From Geosiphon pyriformis uo1 (Eukaryota > Fungi > Glomeromycota), in assembly GCA_016748015.1 (NCBI GenBank), contig JAAOMT010000659.1, positions 313,222 through 377,221 on the forward strand: a DNA stretch of 64,000 nucleotides, read 5' to 3'. The notes under the pieces were generated by a model. That model was not told the DNA's origin. It did no database searches and was given only the letters and a program-made list of their open reading frames with translations. This document shows, piece after piece, positions 1 to 15,064 of the stretch. Made by a program: the position numbers and the translations under genes. Position 1 is the first letter of the stretch, and each line of letters starts with the position of its first letter.

Positions 1-71
<71 letters not shown>
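1..71. repeat. Poly(A) run, truncated by the window edge
   Basis: 71 consecutive A at the window start. Confidence 0.95.
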
Positions 72-74
<3 letters not shown>

Positions 75-960
75 CAGATACTTTTATTCCCTTTGAATTT
101 TGATTAACCATTTTCAGTTTTCTTTCATTATATCTATGAATATCAAAATTTGTTGAGTCACCCATCGCTGATAAATTCCTAAAAGTCTTCGGAAATAAAA
201 AAATTATTTTAGGTTAAAGAATAAAAAGATAAGTCATGCCTAACAATGATAATTATCTAATGAAAGCAAAATGGTTAAAACTTTTAAAACTTTAGAATTT
301 CCTAAACTTCTAGTATGAAAAAATTGTCTAAAGGTTTATTAAAAAAAATCTTTTTCTTTTTTTTCAAGAAACACAAAACTCTTCTAATTTGAAAAAAAAA
401 ATCTTTATTTTTTGATGAGATCCGCTTTGGTAATAAATAAATAAATAAAATTTTACACTATCAAAATATAAAAAAATAATTAGAAGAAGAGTCTTTTTGG
501 AATTTAATAAAACCTCAAAAAGTAAAAGGTTGAATTATTATTTTTTTTCAATCGTTAATAATAAGATGAAAATGTATTTTTCAAGAATAAAACTTTTTCA
601 TCAACTGTTAATCCACTATTATTTATCAAGATTATCATTTCTAAAATTTCTTCTCTATATACCTTTGCTGAATAATTAATCCTAACCCAATTTAAAATTA
701 CTATGGGAAAAAAAAGTCCGGGATCGATGGAAATTCTTGAAAGAAAATTGCAGGTGAAACAAATTTTATATTCTGAGCTTGGATCATTGAAATTTAAAAA
801 TTTATTTAAGAAAGTCTACAAAAAAAAATCTCTTTCATAATTAACAATCATCATAATATTGATGACTTACAAAACCTCAAATGATTAGGAAAGGGATTTA
901 TCTCAATTTATGAAAGGATTGATTTTCTTACTACTACGATGCTTGGACTGACAATTTACA

Positions 961-1047
961 ATCAATCACTCACTCACTCACTCACTCACTCATTCAATCA
1001 TTCAATCATTCAATCACTCACTCACTCATTCAATCATTCAATCACTC
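961..1047. repeat. Compound (TCAC)n/(TCAA/TCAT)n tetranucleotide microsatellite
   Basis: Directly visible. Confidence 0.9.
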
Positions 1048-1907
1048 ATGATACACGATGAGTTGTAGTTGTTCCGTGATCATCCATGTAAATTAATTCC
1101 GTTACTTCTCAAGATCATAATTTAAAAAATATTTCAATCTCTGAAATATTTTGATAACAGATTTACGTTGTCACAATATCCGTTCTCTTTTGAAATTTGT
1201 ATCATTAATATAAAAAAAAGAAATTAATCGGACCTTGAGAAGTCCAAATTAAATTTGTGCCCAATAAAAGATAGGAATTTTTCTTCTATCTAATAAAGAT
1301 AAACACTTTTAGTGTTGTGCTTCGAGATTATCTTTGCTTTATATATTCTTATCAAAAGTTAAATTTTCTTTTTTTTTGTTCCGAGTGCCGAACAAAAAGA
1401 AATGATCGATCATAAATTAATTTTAAAAGTTCTTGTTAAGAAATTTATCAATAGCAGAATACAGTATATCCTTAGGTCAGTATATCCTCATTTCAAGCTA
1501 GGCCATGTCAGATCAGGTCAGGTCAGACTATTCCAAGATTTCTTGATATTTATTATTCGATTTTATTCGATTTGGCATTAGCGTTTTACGTTAAAAAAAG
1601 TTTTATTATCTCTTTTTTTTTACCTATATTTTTTATTTTATCTGTCACTCCCTTTTAATAATAATAATAAAATCATGATAATCATGAGATTATCATTTCG
1701 TATGTTGCGGAATACAAAAATGTCAATTTTTTCTCAAACAAGAAACGCCCGATCATTTTTACTAATCACTGTTATGTCAAAATATTATTCCAATTTTGTA
1801 TAATATTAAAATAAAAATAAAAATAATTGGTATTCTGATACAATGTATTTCAAAATATTTTATTTATTTTCCATAGATTAAATTATAGATTATTGAAATT
1901 TTAATAC

Positions 1908-1961
<54 letters not shown>
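1908..1961. repeat. (AAT)n microsatellite
   Basis: Directly visible; similar arrays at about 2680-2712, 4220-4275, 5398-5480 and 12362-12408. Confidence 0.9.
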
Positions 1962-2677
1962 TAATTTTAAACATAAAAGAAATCTCGGTTGTTTGGAAAT
2001 CTAGCACATTTAAAGGATTTATTTTCATCGAAATAAAATTTCCAGTTCTATTACCGGTTGAAATTCAAAATATTAGTCGATTAATGAGGATTCTAATTCT
2101 CATACATACATATCGACACACTTTTGCTTAGATTTTCTGATTCATTATTATATATGATCGTGGAAAAAAAATAAAAAGGAAAACAAAGAAAGGAATCTTA
2201 ATCACAATCGTACTTTTTTTTTTCTTTTTTGTACATGAACAAAAAATATTTGTCAAATCTATCATCATCATCATCACCATCACCATCACCATCACCATCA
2301 TCATCTTTCAAAAAAAAATTGACTTGTGCCCTATAGAAAAAAGAACAAAATTTCTTTTTTGACAAATAAAAAAAAAATTTTTTAATTTGTGAAACATCAA
2401 TTTCATTCTTTCATTCTTTCATTAAATCGTTTATTACTCTTTAATTCAAGGGAAAAAAGTAGATCATCAAAATATCAAAGTCCCTTTTGATTTGAAGTGA
2501 ACACCCTAAACTCAAATTTGACCGAGCGAGCCGGAGATGATAAACGATCCAGGTTTGAAACTTGAAAATGGGGCCATTACACCAAATATTTTTATACCAT
2601 CATCGGATCATTGATCATCATTCGAATTAGTAATGCACTCAAAAAGATTTTGGTAAAAAATACCGCGTTCAGAAATG

Positions 2678-2712
<35 letters not shown>

Positions 2713-3404
2713 TCATTGGCACATCTATTCTTTCAATCGTTCATTATTGAAATTTTTTTTCTCGATCATGATGTCATTCTTCAAAGTATTAGAATTTATT
2801 TCAAAATAATGTCAAATGATCCTCGATGGTGATGGTAAAAAAAAAAAAAAATGCCAGTTGGCATTAAGACTCTCTCCTATCTCTTTCAGCTTCCTAAAAA
2901 AGAATTCAGAGCCTTTTTTTTTTCTGATAATCTTGCTTATTTCTAAATGGGATGATAATTATTATATATATGTATTATGCAAAAAAAGGTAAACATTACG
3001 AAATTCACTTGCCACAAGGGAGAATGGCCCTTAAGAAAGAGCGCGTGATCCACATGATGTGACCGGAATGGGAATAGTGGTTGGGCGGTGTGTGCGGTTC
3101 GTTTCTTAATTTGGGTCCGATGATGATAAATCATGGTGTATCATTCGACTCAGACTCTTTGAATTACGAATGGAAATTTTCATTTTCTCTATAATGCAAG
3201 TTAGCATCTGGATTTCGACTTGCTACATTATTTTAAAGAATAATTAATGGAATATCCATCACTAAAAATCATTCTTGATAAGCGAAATTTTTTAGAGTTT
3301 TCACCTTGAAAAACATGACTCAACTGTCAATTAAAACCTTAATTTATTCATTCTAAATTTTAGAATGTAATATGAAATGTTTAATAAGACAATTAATTTG
3401 ATTC

Positions 3405-3443
<39 letters not shown>

Positions 3444-3739
3444 ATTTATGGCTTCTTTAATTTATTCAAATTAAATTGAAAAAATGTGTATTAGAAAGAT
3501 TTTGGAAAACTTTAATGTACTCGAGAAATACATATACTTGAAAAAATATATTTGAAATTTTTTGAGAAATCTTGAAATAATGAAAAACTAAATCATTTTA
3601 AAAGGTCATTCTTGTCTTGAAAAAAAACAAATTAACAGGAAAAAAATATATTTTTGTTTCTCCGAGAGAATATTCTCTTTTGTGCCGTTCTCCTAATTCC
3701 TAATCACTTTGAATCAAGAATTTGACTTGATTGATTCAC

Positions 3740-4218
3740 TTAATAGTATATATATATATATATATATATTTAATAAATAATTAGTCATTAGATTAATCAT
3801 TACTTAAAATGTAAAATTACATATTTTTGAATCATTTTTTTTTATATAAGTATTCAGAAATTGATTAAATTTTGTATAGTTTGATTTTTTAATTGTTACG
3901 ATAATGACTAAAAATGAAAAATATATTATTTTATTTATTTATTTATTTATTTATCTATCTATTTATCTATTTATTTATTTTTAATAAAAAAATTTTTTAA
4001 CTTTATGAAAAGATTTTTCATTTGAATAAAAAATATATATATATATTACAGTTATTTAAAAATTACAAATCTTAAATTTTTGTTTTTATAATTTTTATGT
4101 AAATATAATTTTTTATTTAAATTAAAAATATATTCATTTTATTAATTTAGTTTAAAATATTGTTTTTATATTTTTACGTAAATATAATTTTATTTAATTA
4201 CTTATTTAAGTAGTTTAA

Positions 4219-4275
<57 letters not shown>

Positions 4276-5397
4276 TTATTAAAATTATTTTTTTTTAACA
4301 TGAATTCTAATTTTATGCTGATATCATGTTATTATATTATCCAATAATCACAAATAAAAATTAATTTTTTTAAATAATTTATAATTTATATTGAAATTTT
4401 TTCAAATTTGAAAAAAAAATTATTAAAGTTTATTTATATATTTGAAATTAATATTAATCATATTTTGATAAATACAACATATTTATTTCTTTCTTTCTTT
4501 CTTTCTTTCTTTTAGATTTCTTAAATTTTCATTGTTAATAAAAAAAAAAATACTGAATAAATTAAAAATCTATATATTTTTTATCATAAAAATTTCAAAA
4601 CTTTAAATAGATATATTTTCAATTAACAAAAAATTTTATTTGAGAATTTTTATGTTTGTTTTAATGTAAATATTTTATTTATTATAAAAAATATTTTTAA
4701 AAAAATGAGAGGGAGGGTTTTTTATTATTAATTTTTAAAATGTATATAAAAAAAATAGTATTTTTATTTTTTTCTGTTTTAAAATTTAAACTTTATTTAA
4801 TTAATTAATTAATTAATTATTTAATTATTTAATTATTATTAATCAAGATAATTAATTTAATATAATATAATATAATTTAATTTAATTTAAATCATATTAA
4901 TATTTATATTATTTATTCAAGTTTTAATTATTATAAAGTTTGAAAAATGAAATAATTCGATTTTAGTTTTTAGATTAAATTCATAATGAATGAATAATTG
5001 AATTAAATCACTTTATTTGAATTAAATTACTTATTTGAATTAAATTACTTATTTACTTATTTGAATTAAATTACTTATTAAAATTAAATCAATTATTAAA
5101 ATTAAAGTTAAAATTAACACCTATACATAAAAATTAAATTTTTGTTTTAAATATGTAACAAAATCTTTTACTTTGTTTTTTATTTATTTATAATGTAAAA
5201 AGAAAGATTTTTTAATTTATTTATAATGTAAAAGAAAAATTTTTTATAAAATTTTAATTTATTCAATTCTTTTTTCATATTTTTAACAATTTAAAACAAT
5301 TAGAAATCAAAAAAAAGTAATAAATGTAATAATAATAATATTATTATTATTTAGTTTCAAAAAATATAAAAAATATTTTTGATTAATTAATATAAAC

Positions 5398-5452
<55 letters not shown>

Positions 5453-6019
5453 TATTATTATTATTATTTATTATTATTAATCGTATTTTGTTTTTTCACT
5501 TTTTAACGTTTTCTAATATTTTAAAAAGAGATTTCTTTTTTTCTTGATTAATATTGTTTTGTTAAAAATTTTAATTGATTATATTTATATTTTTTTTTTT
5601 TAAACAAAATTGCACATTTATATTGAAAAGTATTTTTTTTTTCGATTTTTTATGAAATTAAATTTAAAAAAAAAATCAATTATTAAAACTACAAATATTT
5701 TTCAATTAATTTGTTTTTCAATCTTATATATATATTAAAAAATAATTTTTCTCTAAAGATTAATATTGTGAATTACCTTTTAATTTCAGATTTCATTTTA
5801 TTCTCTTGTGATTATAAATAAACCTTTCAGCTATTCTTTTATATTAATAAAATTATTCTCAAAAATTAATAAACTATTTTGATGATTTGATAAAAAAAAA
5901 ATTAAAGTATTATTCAAGAAATTTTTTTTTTTACTATTATTAAAATTTTATTCCTTTCTAAATTATATTATCTTATTTTAAATCTAATGTTTAATACCTT
6001 AGCCAAAGAAATACATAAT

Positions 6020-6065
<46 letters not shown>
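3740..6065. other. Extremely AT-rich low-complexity tract with short local duplications and a poly(A) at 6024-6065
   Basis: Almost no G/C; tandem TTATTTGAATTAAATTAC units at about 5010-5080; no credible ORF. Confidence 0.8.
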
Positions 6066-6069
<4 letters not shown>

Positions 6070-7178
6070 CTTGCTCTAAATGAAACATATGAATACACTT
6101 AAAATGATAACTTATTTTACAATTTAAGATAATCTTTAAAAAGCGAGAAAATGCAAGATCATTGAGGTTGTTTTGCTGAACCTTAAAAAAATTTTCCCAA
6201 ACAGAAAATGATCAGACACAACAATTTCTTTGAACGGTTAAACACTTGAAAGCATCTAAACTTAAGAATTAATTAAAAGTTAAATAAACTGAATCGCACG
6301 ATACAAGTAAACTTAAAAAGCTTTTCAACTTTTTTTGTTAAAAGGTTTTAATAGACAATCGATTAAGATTTTTATTCGTCATATTATGATACAAAAAATG
6401 TAACTTGTCTTTCAGATTACTACTAAATTACTAAAACGGTTTTAGTTTAAAGAATAAATTTAAAAATTTTTTGGGTTAAAACGGTTTTTGAAAGTTAGGC
6501 TCTAAATTCATGAACTCTTATTTTGAAGATCAATAATCCAAGAAATTAGGGTTTTAAGTTTAATCATTTTTCTATAATTTTCGGTATTTCCCATTGGTAT
6601 AAGACTGTTAATTATCATTAGGATTTATTATTATTATTATTTCTTGATGTTTTCAATTGTCAAGTCTTTTTAACTTTTAAAAAATGAACATTGAAAATCT
6701 CTTTTAAGAGTGCTATTTGAACTATCAGAATTTCCGCGCTGTTTAGCTCAGATCGCGTGCCAAATCTCGGATGAGGAAACAATGAACAAATGGTACTCAT
6801 GAAAGCGGTTAGTTTAACTAACTCGATTAGTAATTTTTTGTGCTGAATGATAAGATGTTCTGGGTTCATCGATGGGATTAAAATTAGCCGACCAGTGCAG
6901 AAATTTACATTTGATGCACAAATAAATCAAGCAGCTCGGTGAACAATGGGTATCCGACAAAAGAAACCAATTATTAAAATGCCTCAAATGAATTGAGCTA
7001 TTGAAAAAGACGATTTTAATAGAATTTCTCAAAGACATAATAATGAGTATTAAGAAATGGTCAAATTTTTTTAGAATAATAATTTATTAATGCCCATTTA
7101 CAAAAGTTTTTAGGATTCATGAATAAAGTTTTCAATGATTCATTTTAAGAATTCTGTAAAAAAACAAATTGGAGTACA

Positions 7179-7507
<329 letters not shown>

Positions 7508-7802
7508 ATCATAAAACATTTCTCAAATGTATTTGTTACAGGATATCCATTTTGAAGAATTTTCGATTTACCATTTTAATGATTTGAACCAAACGACAAA
7601 AGAACGAGAGAAAGTTTTTTGTTTTGATCTACTTTTCACAAAATTCTTTTTTTTAGACCATTTGTCATCTCAACACCCTATTTGAATTTATTTAAAGCTA
7701 TAAAGTCTCCAAAATGATATATAATTGCTTGGCAAATCTTTATGTAAAAGAGTCTAGGCAATAATAAAACTTTTAAAATTAGCCTTTTGAACTTTAAATT
7801 TT

Positions 7803-7811
7803 CATCATCAC

Positions 7812-7886
<75 letters not shown>
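7803..7886. repeat. (CAT)n microsatellite
   Basis: Directly visible; a similar CAT/CAC array is at about 2260-2305. Confidence 0.95.
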
Positions 7887-9699
7887 GAAAAATGAATATC
7901 ATGGGTTATTGAGTCTCATCCTTCTATCTTCGGAACCGGGCTTAGTTCTTGAAATAGTTACATTGAACGTAAAAAAAAAATTTGTTCATTCTCAGGCCTT
8001 TGACTTCGGAAAAAAGAGCCAGATTTCTCTTCGGATCAACATCATCATCAATATAATCAATAACATCATCATATATTTAACATGGAAATTTCCATTTTCC
8101 AAACTTTATCCCGAATAGATCAATGGTCATTTGTCATTGGTTTTTTAAAATAGGTTTTCATTAATTACATTTAAATGTTTCAAGTACAGTATTTTCTTTG
8201 AATGTTGTACACACCTTTTAGCATAATTCAATGTAAAATTTAATATAGCAGCAATGTCAAATGAAAAAAAGATTTAAAGTTTGATTCTATTTATTTCATT
8301 TTTGAAACTAATTATTTGAAATTTTTAATGATAATACTTTTTTTAAGGAACTAATTATAGTATTATTTATAATACATGAAATTTTAGATAAATAATCAAA
8401 TGAAAAAAATAGATAAAATAAAATTCTTTCTATAATAATTATATCTGCCTTACTAATATTATAAATTCTTAAATAAATTAAAATATTAAAATATAAACTT
8501 GGCTGTAATCTATCAAAAACCGAACAGTGTTAAAAAAAAAAAACTTTTTTTGAAACATAAATAACCAAATAACCAAATAATCAAATAAATAAAAATAAAT
8601 AAATAAATAATAAATAATAAATAATAAACATAAAAAAATAAAAAAATATTACAATCTTAAAGAAAAATAAAAACTTTAATGAAACCAAACTTTGCCCAAT
8701 ACATTGGCAAAATTTTCTCATTCACTATTAACTAAACTATTTCAAGTATTTTGTCTTTAAATTATCACACCCATGAGTTAAATAAATTATTACCATACTT
8801 ATTTATTGTTTACTAATTAAGTTATAACCGTTAACCGCATTTTTCCATTTAAAAACAATGCGTAAATCTGTATTTATTCAAGAATTTTGGCGGATCAAAT
8901 TTAAAGTTTATGACGTAGCACGAACTTTAATCCATCCTTTTTTCTTTTTCTTTTTTCTTTCTTTTTTTTTTTTTTTTCCAAGCCTGATGAAATGATTAGA
9001 GCAACCAAATTAACAAAACTAATCAAATAAACATCATCAAAATATTATGATACATTGGTGGTTCGAGATCTAATATTGATGATACTCATTTTTTTCATAA
9101 AGAACATGATTTTTTGATTGATCAAAATAATTTAAATTTAATTGTGTAAATAAAATTTTTAAGTTTTCAATTTTCTCTTTGTTGTCTTTGATTCACTCTG
9201 GTTGATTGATTGATTGGTTGGTTGGTTGGTTGGTTGGTTGGTTGGTTGGCTGGCTGGCTCGTTGGCTAATTCTTTATTGTATATTCAGAAATCTAGCCTT
9301 TTTTTCAAATTCCAACTTCCATTCCCGACTAAGTGAAAAATTTAACAGTGAGAACTTCCAACAAGATTTTTTCAATTGGGCCTAGAATCATTGATTATGA
9401 CCTGTCAATCAAGATAATATAATTTTATATTTTGATCCATCTTTTACTTAAAAGGAACTCAGAATGATCTTTATTTTTTTCAACCTTCCAAATTAAAAAT
9501 AAAGTTTTGGATTTTTTCGCTATTTAAACAATACTTCTAAATACTGATATTGTTATTTGATGTCATGTAAAAATCTATAATGATTACCATCCATCCCGAA
9601 GAATTCCGCATTTAAATAATGGTAAAATTTTGTTTGAAATGAATTATTTAGATTTTTAATGAATAGGTTTTAGTATAATATATATGGATAGATGGGAAA

Positions 9700-9865
9700 A
9701 TAGGTAAGTAGGTAGGTAGGTAAGTAGGTAAGTAGGTAAGTAGGTAGGTAAGTAGGTAGGTAGGTAGGTAGGTAGGTAGGTAGGTAGGTAGGTAGGTAGG
9801 TAGGTAGGTAGGTAAATAGGTAAGTAAGTAGGTAGGTTAGATAGGTTAGATAGATTAGATAGGTT
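9700..9865. repeat. (TAGG/TAAG)n tetranucleotide microsatellite
   Basis: Directly visible; a (TGAT/TGGT/TGGC)n array is at about 9200-9260. Confidence 0.9.
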
Positions 9866-11568
9866 CTAATAGTTTCTTTAGAAAAAAAATATTTTGTCAG
9901 GTCGTATCCTTGCTATTTAATATTAGGTGAAATATCAAAAATAAAAATTTGGATAAAATCATAATCCCGATTTAAGCTAAAAATATTTTATTGCCCTATT
10001 ATGCATACAAATTAACGATTCTCTGATTAATTAATTGAATGATTGATTGATTGATTGAATATAAAATCAAAATTACGTTATTCATCAAAAAAAAATATCA
10101 CAAAAACATTTTACAAATTCTCTTACAAATATTCGGGAAATATTTATTGAAAAATTTTAAATTCTTCTTATTAAGGCTACACCCCCACTGTAACTCAATA
10201 ATTGAATGATTTCAAATTTTCGACACTCAATTTCTTATTCCAATATAAAAAAGACTAATTTTACCAAAATTGGTTACCTTTTTATCATTCAAGATCCCAT
10301 TTAAGTATGAAAAATTCTTAACTATCATCAGAAATTTCCATTGTGTTAACATGCTGTATGATTATCACGACAGAAATGACGTAACGCGTTTAAGCTTCAT
10401 CAAAATTTCCCAAAGTTCCCCTCAACAGGTATTTTTGTCTTCTATTCAAATGATCATGAGATTAATCGTATGATTAAAAAATGTCCTTTATCTCTTTGGC
10501 AATGAAATTTAAAATGAACCTGAGACTATTGCTGCACTGCACTACTCCATCAGTGTCATAGATTTTTTGTCCGGGAAAGTATAGGATCAATTTTTAATTT
10601 CCTTTATAAATTTTTTTTAATTCTCGAAAATTGAAATATTATCCCATATCACAAATGGATCATGCTTTCATGCAATTAATCATCATTCTTAATCTTAATT
10701 ACATAAAAAATATAAAATATCATAATTTATCTACGTCTTATAAAGTTCACCAGACCAAAAAAAAAAAATTTAAAATTTTTTGAAACAAGTTTGATGATCT
10801 TATTGAAATGATTGGAGATTTATTCAAATCTTGTTATTGTTATCTTTTTGTGCATTTTCAAAATAAAAAATATTTCCAAAAATGTTTAGCTTTTCAATGG
10901 AGCTTATGCACATACCTGATATGTATTCATTCAAACATTACTTACCATCATGAGACTCTCATGAAATCAAAGGCTATGGTAGGATCTTGAAAAAAAAAAA
11001 AAAAAAGGGATTATAGAAATTCTAAAAATGTTTTTAAAACCATTCCAATTCCAGAAGTATACCGCCTTAACCCCTAAATTTAAAGGAGACATCGGATTGA
11101 AATGACCATTTTTTAAATTTTTTAAATTTATAATTCAATGAATCCCTAAAGTTTTTAAGTTGTTTTAACGCACAGACCTTTGAAAATCTCATGATTATTA
11201 ATCAGAAATACGACATTTGATCAAAATTAATCTAAAAAAATACTTTAAAATTTTCTCATCTGGAAAATTAATGTGGGAAATTTTTATAATTATATTATAA
11301 GCCCACCGGTGGTGATACCCGAATTCATCATATTATTGTCACAACGGAGCACTGAAGTCAAAAGTTACAGACAGACATGACTTCAGATTACCCCGGATTT
11401 TCATAATTAAAATTAACTTGAGGAATTTTTTTTTTTATAAGTACAATACAAGTTTTATCAATACAAGTTTTTTATCAATTTTCTAAACCTAAAATTTACA
11501 GTATAGTGATCTTCTTTTTGAATTGATTAAAATAAAAAAAAATTCAAAAATCTTTAATGAATAGATAA

Positions 11569-11608
<40 letters not shown>

Positions 11609-11899
11609 ATACTCAAACTTTTTTCATTCCCACATTTCTTATTTTTATGTATAATTATTTTTTTAAAATTTCAAAACTTTACTCTAAAATAATCACGATT
11701 TAGAGTTCAATCTTGTAAATTATATACATACTGTATCGATATATATATATTTTGTTCATATTAATTTTTAAGATTCAAAACAATAAAAATTTTTTTTAAT
11801 AAAGTATTTTCTTTTTTCTATTTATTTTTAAAAGATTTTAATTATTATATATATATATATATATCAATTTGAAATTTTTTTTATTAAATATTGAAATAT

Positions 11900-11931
<32 letters not shown>

Positions 11932-12361
11932 GAATATTTTAAAAATTGTTCATAATAATAAGTATTATTTTTAACAAAATGTTTTTTATTTATAGCTTTG
12001 TTTATAATTCACATTAAAAATAAATTTTTTAATCAAAATTAAAAGTATTATAATTTTAAAAGAAGAGTAAAAATTATGTTTTAAAATTAAATAAATTTAT
12101 TAAACTACTCATTTAAATTTGTAAAATACAATATTAAAATAGTAATAATTATTACAAAATAATTATAAAACAATGTATCAAAAAAAAAGATAGGTAATTG
12201 TTGAACTTTACTCTTTAAAAAAAAAATTATTTAATTTATTTGCAATTATATATATAAAAAATTTGAAAAAAAATGATGCTTTTAACAAAATATTAATTTC
12301 AAATATACAAGTTAACTAATTAAACCATTTTTTTTGTAAAAATATATTTTAAGTTATTAAC

Positions 12362-12408
<47 letters not shown>

Positions 12409-13748
12409 TAATATAATATAACAAAATATATATTATAAATTAAATATAATTTATTCAATTTTAATACATAATTAATTATTTTATTAATTAAAACAATATT
12501 ATATATTATCAAAAAATATTTGAACATAAAATTACTTTTATAATTTTTATTATTAATTAATATATATTAATATTTATAATTTATAATTAACTGTTTTTTA
12601 ATTAAATTTTTTATTATTTATAGTTATTTTATACTTAATTTTTTTTGTAATATTTTAAATAATAATTAAGTAATTATGTAAATATTATCAGTAATTTTTA
12701 TTTTATTATAATTAACTATTAGTTTTTTTATAAAATATAGCCTAATTTACCAAGTTTATTAATACAATTATTTAAATTTTAACTATTAAAATAAAATTAC
12801 TCAAAAAACAAACTAGTTTTTTTAATACTATTTTTAATATTAAGATTATTATTTTTATATAATAGACAAAAATTCAATTATATTAGTAAAAAACACTTGA
12901 TATTTAATTTTTTTAACATAGTAACTAATTTATTTTAATGTTTTTTATTCTTTTGGTAAACAATCTAATAAATTAATTTTATGTTTTTTTTTTGTATTTT
13001 TTATCAAATAATTTTTAATATTATAATTTTAATATATTTTTTAATTAATTAGTAAACAAATAAACACAACAAAAAAAAAAATATATATATAAATTAATCT
13101 TATTAATAATTATAATTAATAATTATTATTTTAATATTATAAATAACTTTATATTAATCTTATTGTATTATTTACAAGTAAATAAATTTTAATAAAAGAT
13201 AATTTACTTTAAGTATTAAATTTTTAACTGCTAAAATTATTTAATAAAACTTAATTAAACTTGTTTGTTTTTTTTGATATAATTACTATATATATATAAA
13301 TGTTTATAATATAAAATTTTTAATATTTATTTTACAAATAATATTAATTAAAAGTAAATAAACTTTAATATAATAAATAACAATTTATATAATTTAAATA
13401 ATAAATAATTTAAATAATAATTTTATTAAATAATTATTTATTTTAAGTACTAAATTTTTAATTGTTAAAATTATTTATAAAAATTAAGCTAAACTTAATT
13501 GTTTTTTTGCTTTTATTATTATTAATATATATATATAAATTTTTATAATATAAAACAATAATAACAAAAAAGAAAACCATTTTAATATTAATTAAAAAAC
13601 TTCTTTCTCTTCTTTGTTTCAAATTTACAAAAAAGAGTCATAAGTTTTTTGAAAGAAGTTTCTAATAGTTTTTGCTGATAAAATAGCTCTTCTTTTTCCC
13701 TTTTTTTTTACTTCAGTTATTTTTCTCAATACACCCTTCTTTGTTGCC

Positions 13749-14179
13749 ATGAAACCAGCGAATTTGTCTGCTAATGATTCTGGTTCTAGATCGACTGGAT
13801 TGGAGACCCGGTCTGGCACCAAAAAAAAGATGTGAGTTGAAAGTGTCTACTCTCGTGGTCTATTGTATAAGAAACCTAGAAAACCTGAGGTTGCTGGTGG
13901 AGTTGTAAATTCGTCTGCTGGCTCTCTGCCTGCTGCTTTGTTACATTTGGGTGATGAAAAATGTAAGGTATCTTGGAGAAGTAAAGTTGAAAATGATGAG
14001 TCAAGTATGAGTGAAGTGTCAAATGTAGAGAATATGACGAACACTATTGCCGAAGAAACAAGCTACGCAGAATTTGGTAAAGACAACGAGATGAACGAGG
14101 CTACACCAAAAAAAACCCAGACCCATACTTATGTACTAGGCAAGTCTCTGAAAGCTCCAATGTTTGACTCCATAAGCGA
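13749..14179 (+). pseudogene. 5' fragment of a repeat-derived ORF (probably a non-LTR retrotransposon ORF1 N-terminus), cut by LTR A
   Basis: ATG 13749 MKPANLSANDSGS..., one in-frame TGA, frame continuous with the 13863 ORF and ending exactly at the LTR TGTTA. The ORF1 assignment is inference. Confidence 0.4.
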
Positions 14180-15049
14180 TGTTACAGTTGAATTATTCAG
14201 AGGCTCCAGTCAAATAACAAACCCATAACTTGGTACTCAAAAGCTATTTCCGTCAATGATATTCTGAAAGTATTGTATTTAAAGGTTTTGATAGAGTTTT
14301 TTGTATAATGAACAGAGATTTGATAGTGCGGCGATTCGTTGTTTGTTGTCAGTTGTTTCCTAATTTTTTTCTCAGCTTGGTGGCTGGATTTATTCTGGCA
14401 GTTGTGTCTTTTTGGTAAGCTAATTGATAATATATATAAATCTACTCTTATTTCTGGGTCTTTTACCAGACTATTCATGACGTCAATAATTCAGCATTTT
14501 TAATCTCCAATCAATTAGTAGGTATAACAGAATCAAAGAAAGAAAGAAATGAAATAAAGAAAATAATGATAATGAAGATAAGCCAAGGCAATTTGGTAAG
14601 TTAGTATCTCATCAATAACTATAATCAAGAGCTATTGTTCCAGTGTGGTTAAGTATCAATTACTATCAACACTTCATGTTGATAGTGGAGAGTAGATTGA
14701 GATATAAAATAATTATTTATTTGATAATTGGAAATTGGAAGGTTGCTTAGATTAATCTACACTGAGCAATCTGTCTTTTTAGCTTTTAATCCTGTTGCTA
14801 TATATACATAATTGAGATTCTTCAATTCCTCGATTCTTCACAACAGAAATCCTGGAATTCCTGGAATCCTGCGATTCTTTTGAGAGAAATCCTGGAATTC
14901 TGGAATCCTGCAATTCCTTGTCGGGGAATCCTGAAATTTCTGAAATTCTGCAATTCCTAAGAGGAATCCTGAAATTCCACATTTACTATGTCTACTTCTA
15001 ATTGGCTACTACTCATGGTAATATATTTCTTATATTTCTATGAGTAACA
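14180..15049 (-). repeat. 3' LTR of element A
   Basis: TGTTAC...GTAACA; colinear with 33674-34543; GGAATTCC/GGAATCCTG tandem array at about 14845-14979. Confidence 0.95.
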
Positions 15050-15064
15050 TTATTCCTTTCTTTT
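15050..15064 (-). promoter_or_regulatory. Polypurine tract of element A
   Basis: AAAAGAAAGGAATAA on the minus strand immediately before the 3' LTR. Confidence 0.9.

Noticed and set aside
14845-14979. CRISPR-like periodic repeats
   Set aside because: No unique spacers, eukaryotic LTR context, no cas genes
14779-14982. Repetitive ORF in LTR A (also 34273-34476)
   Set aside because: Translation of the U3 tandem array
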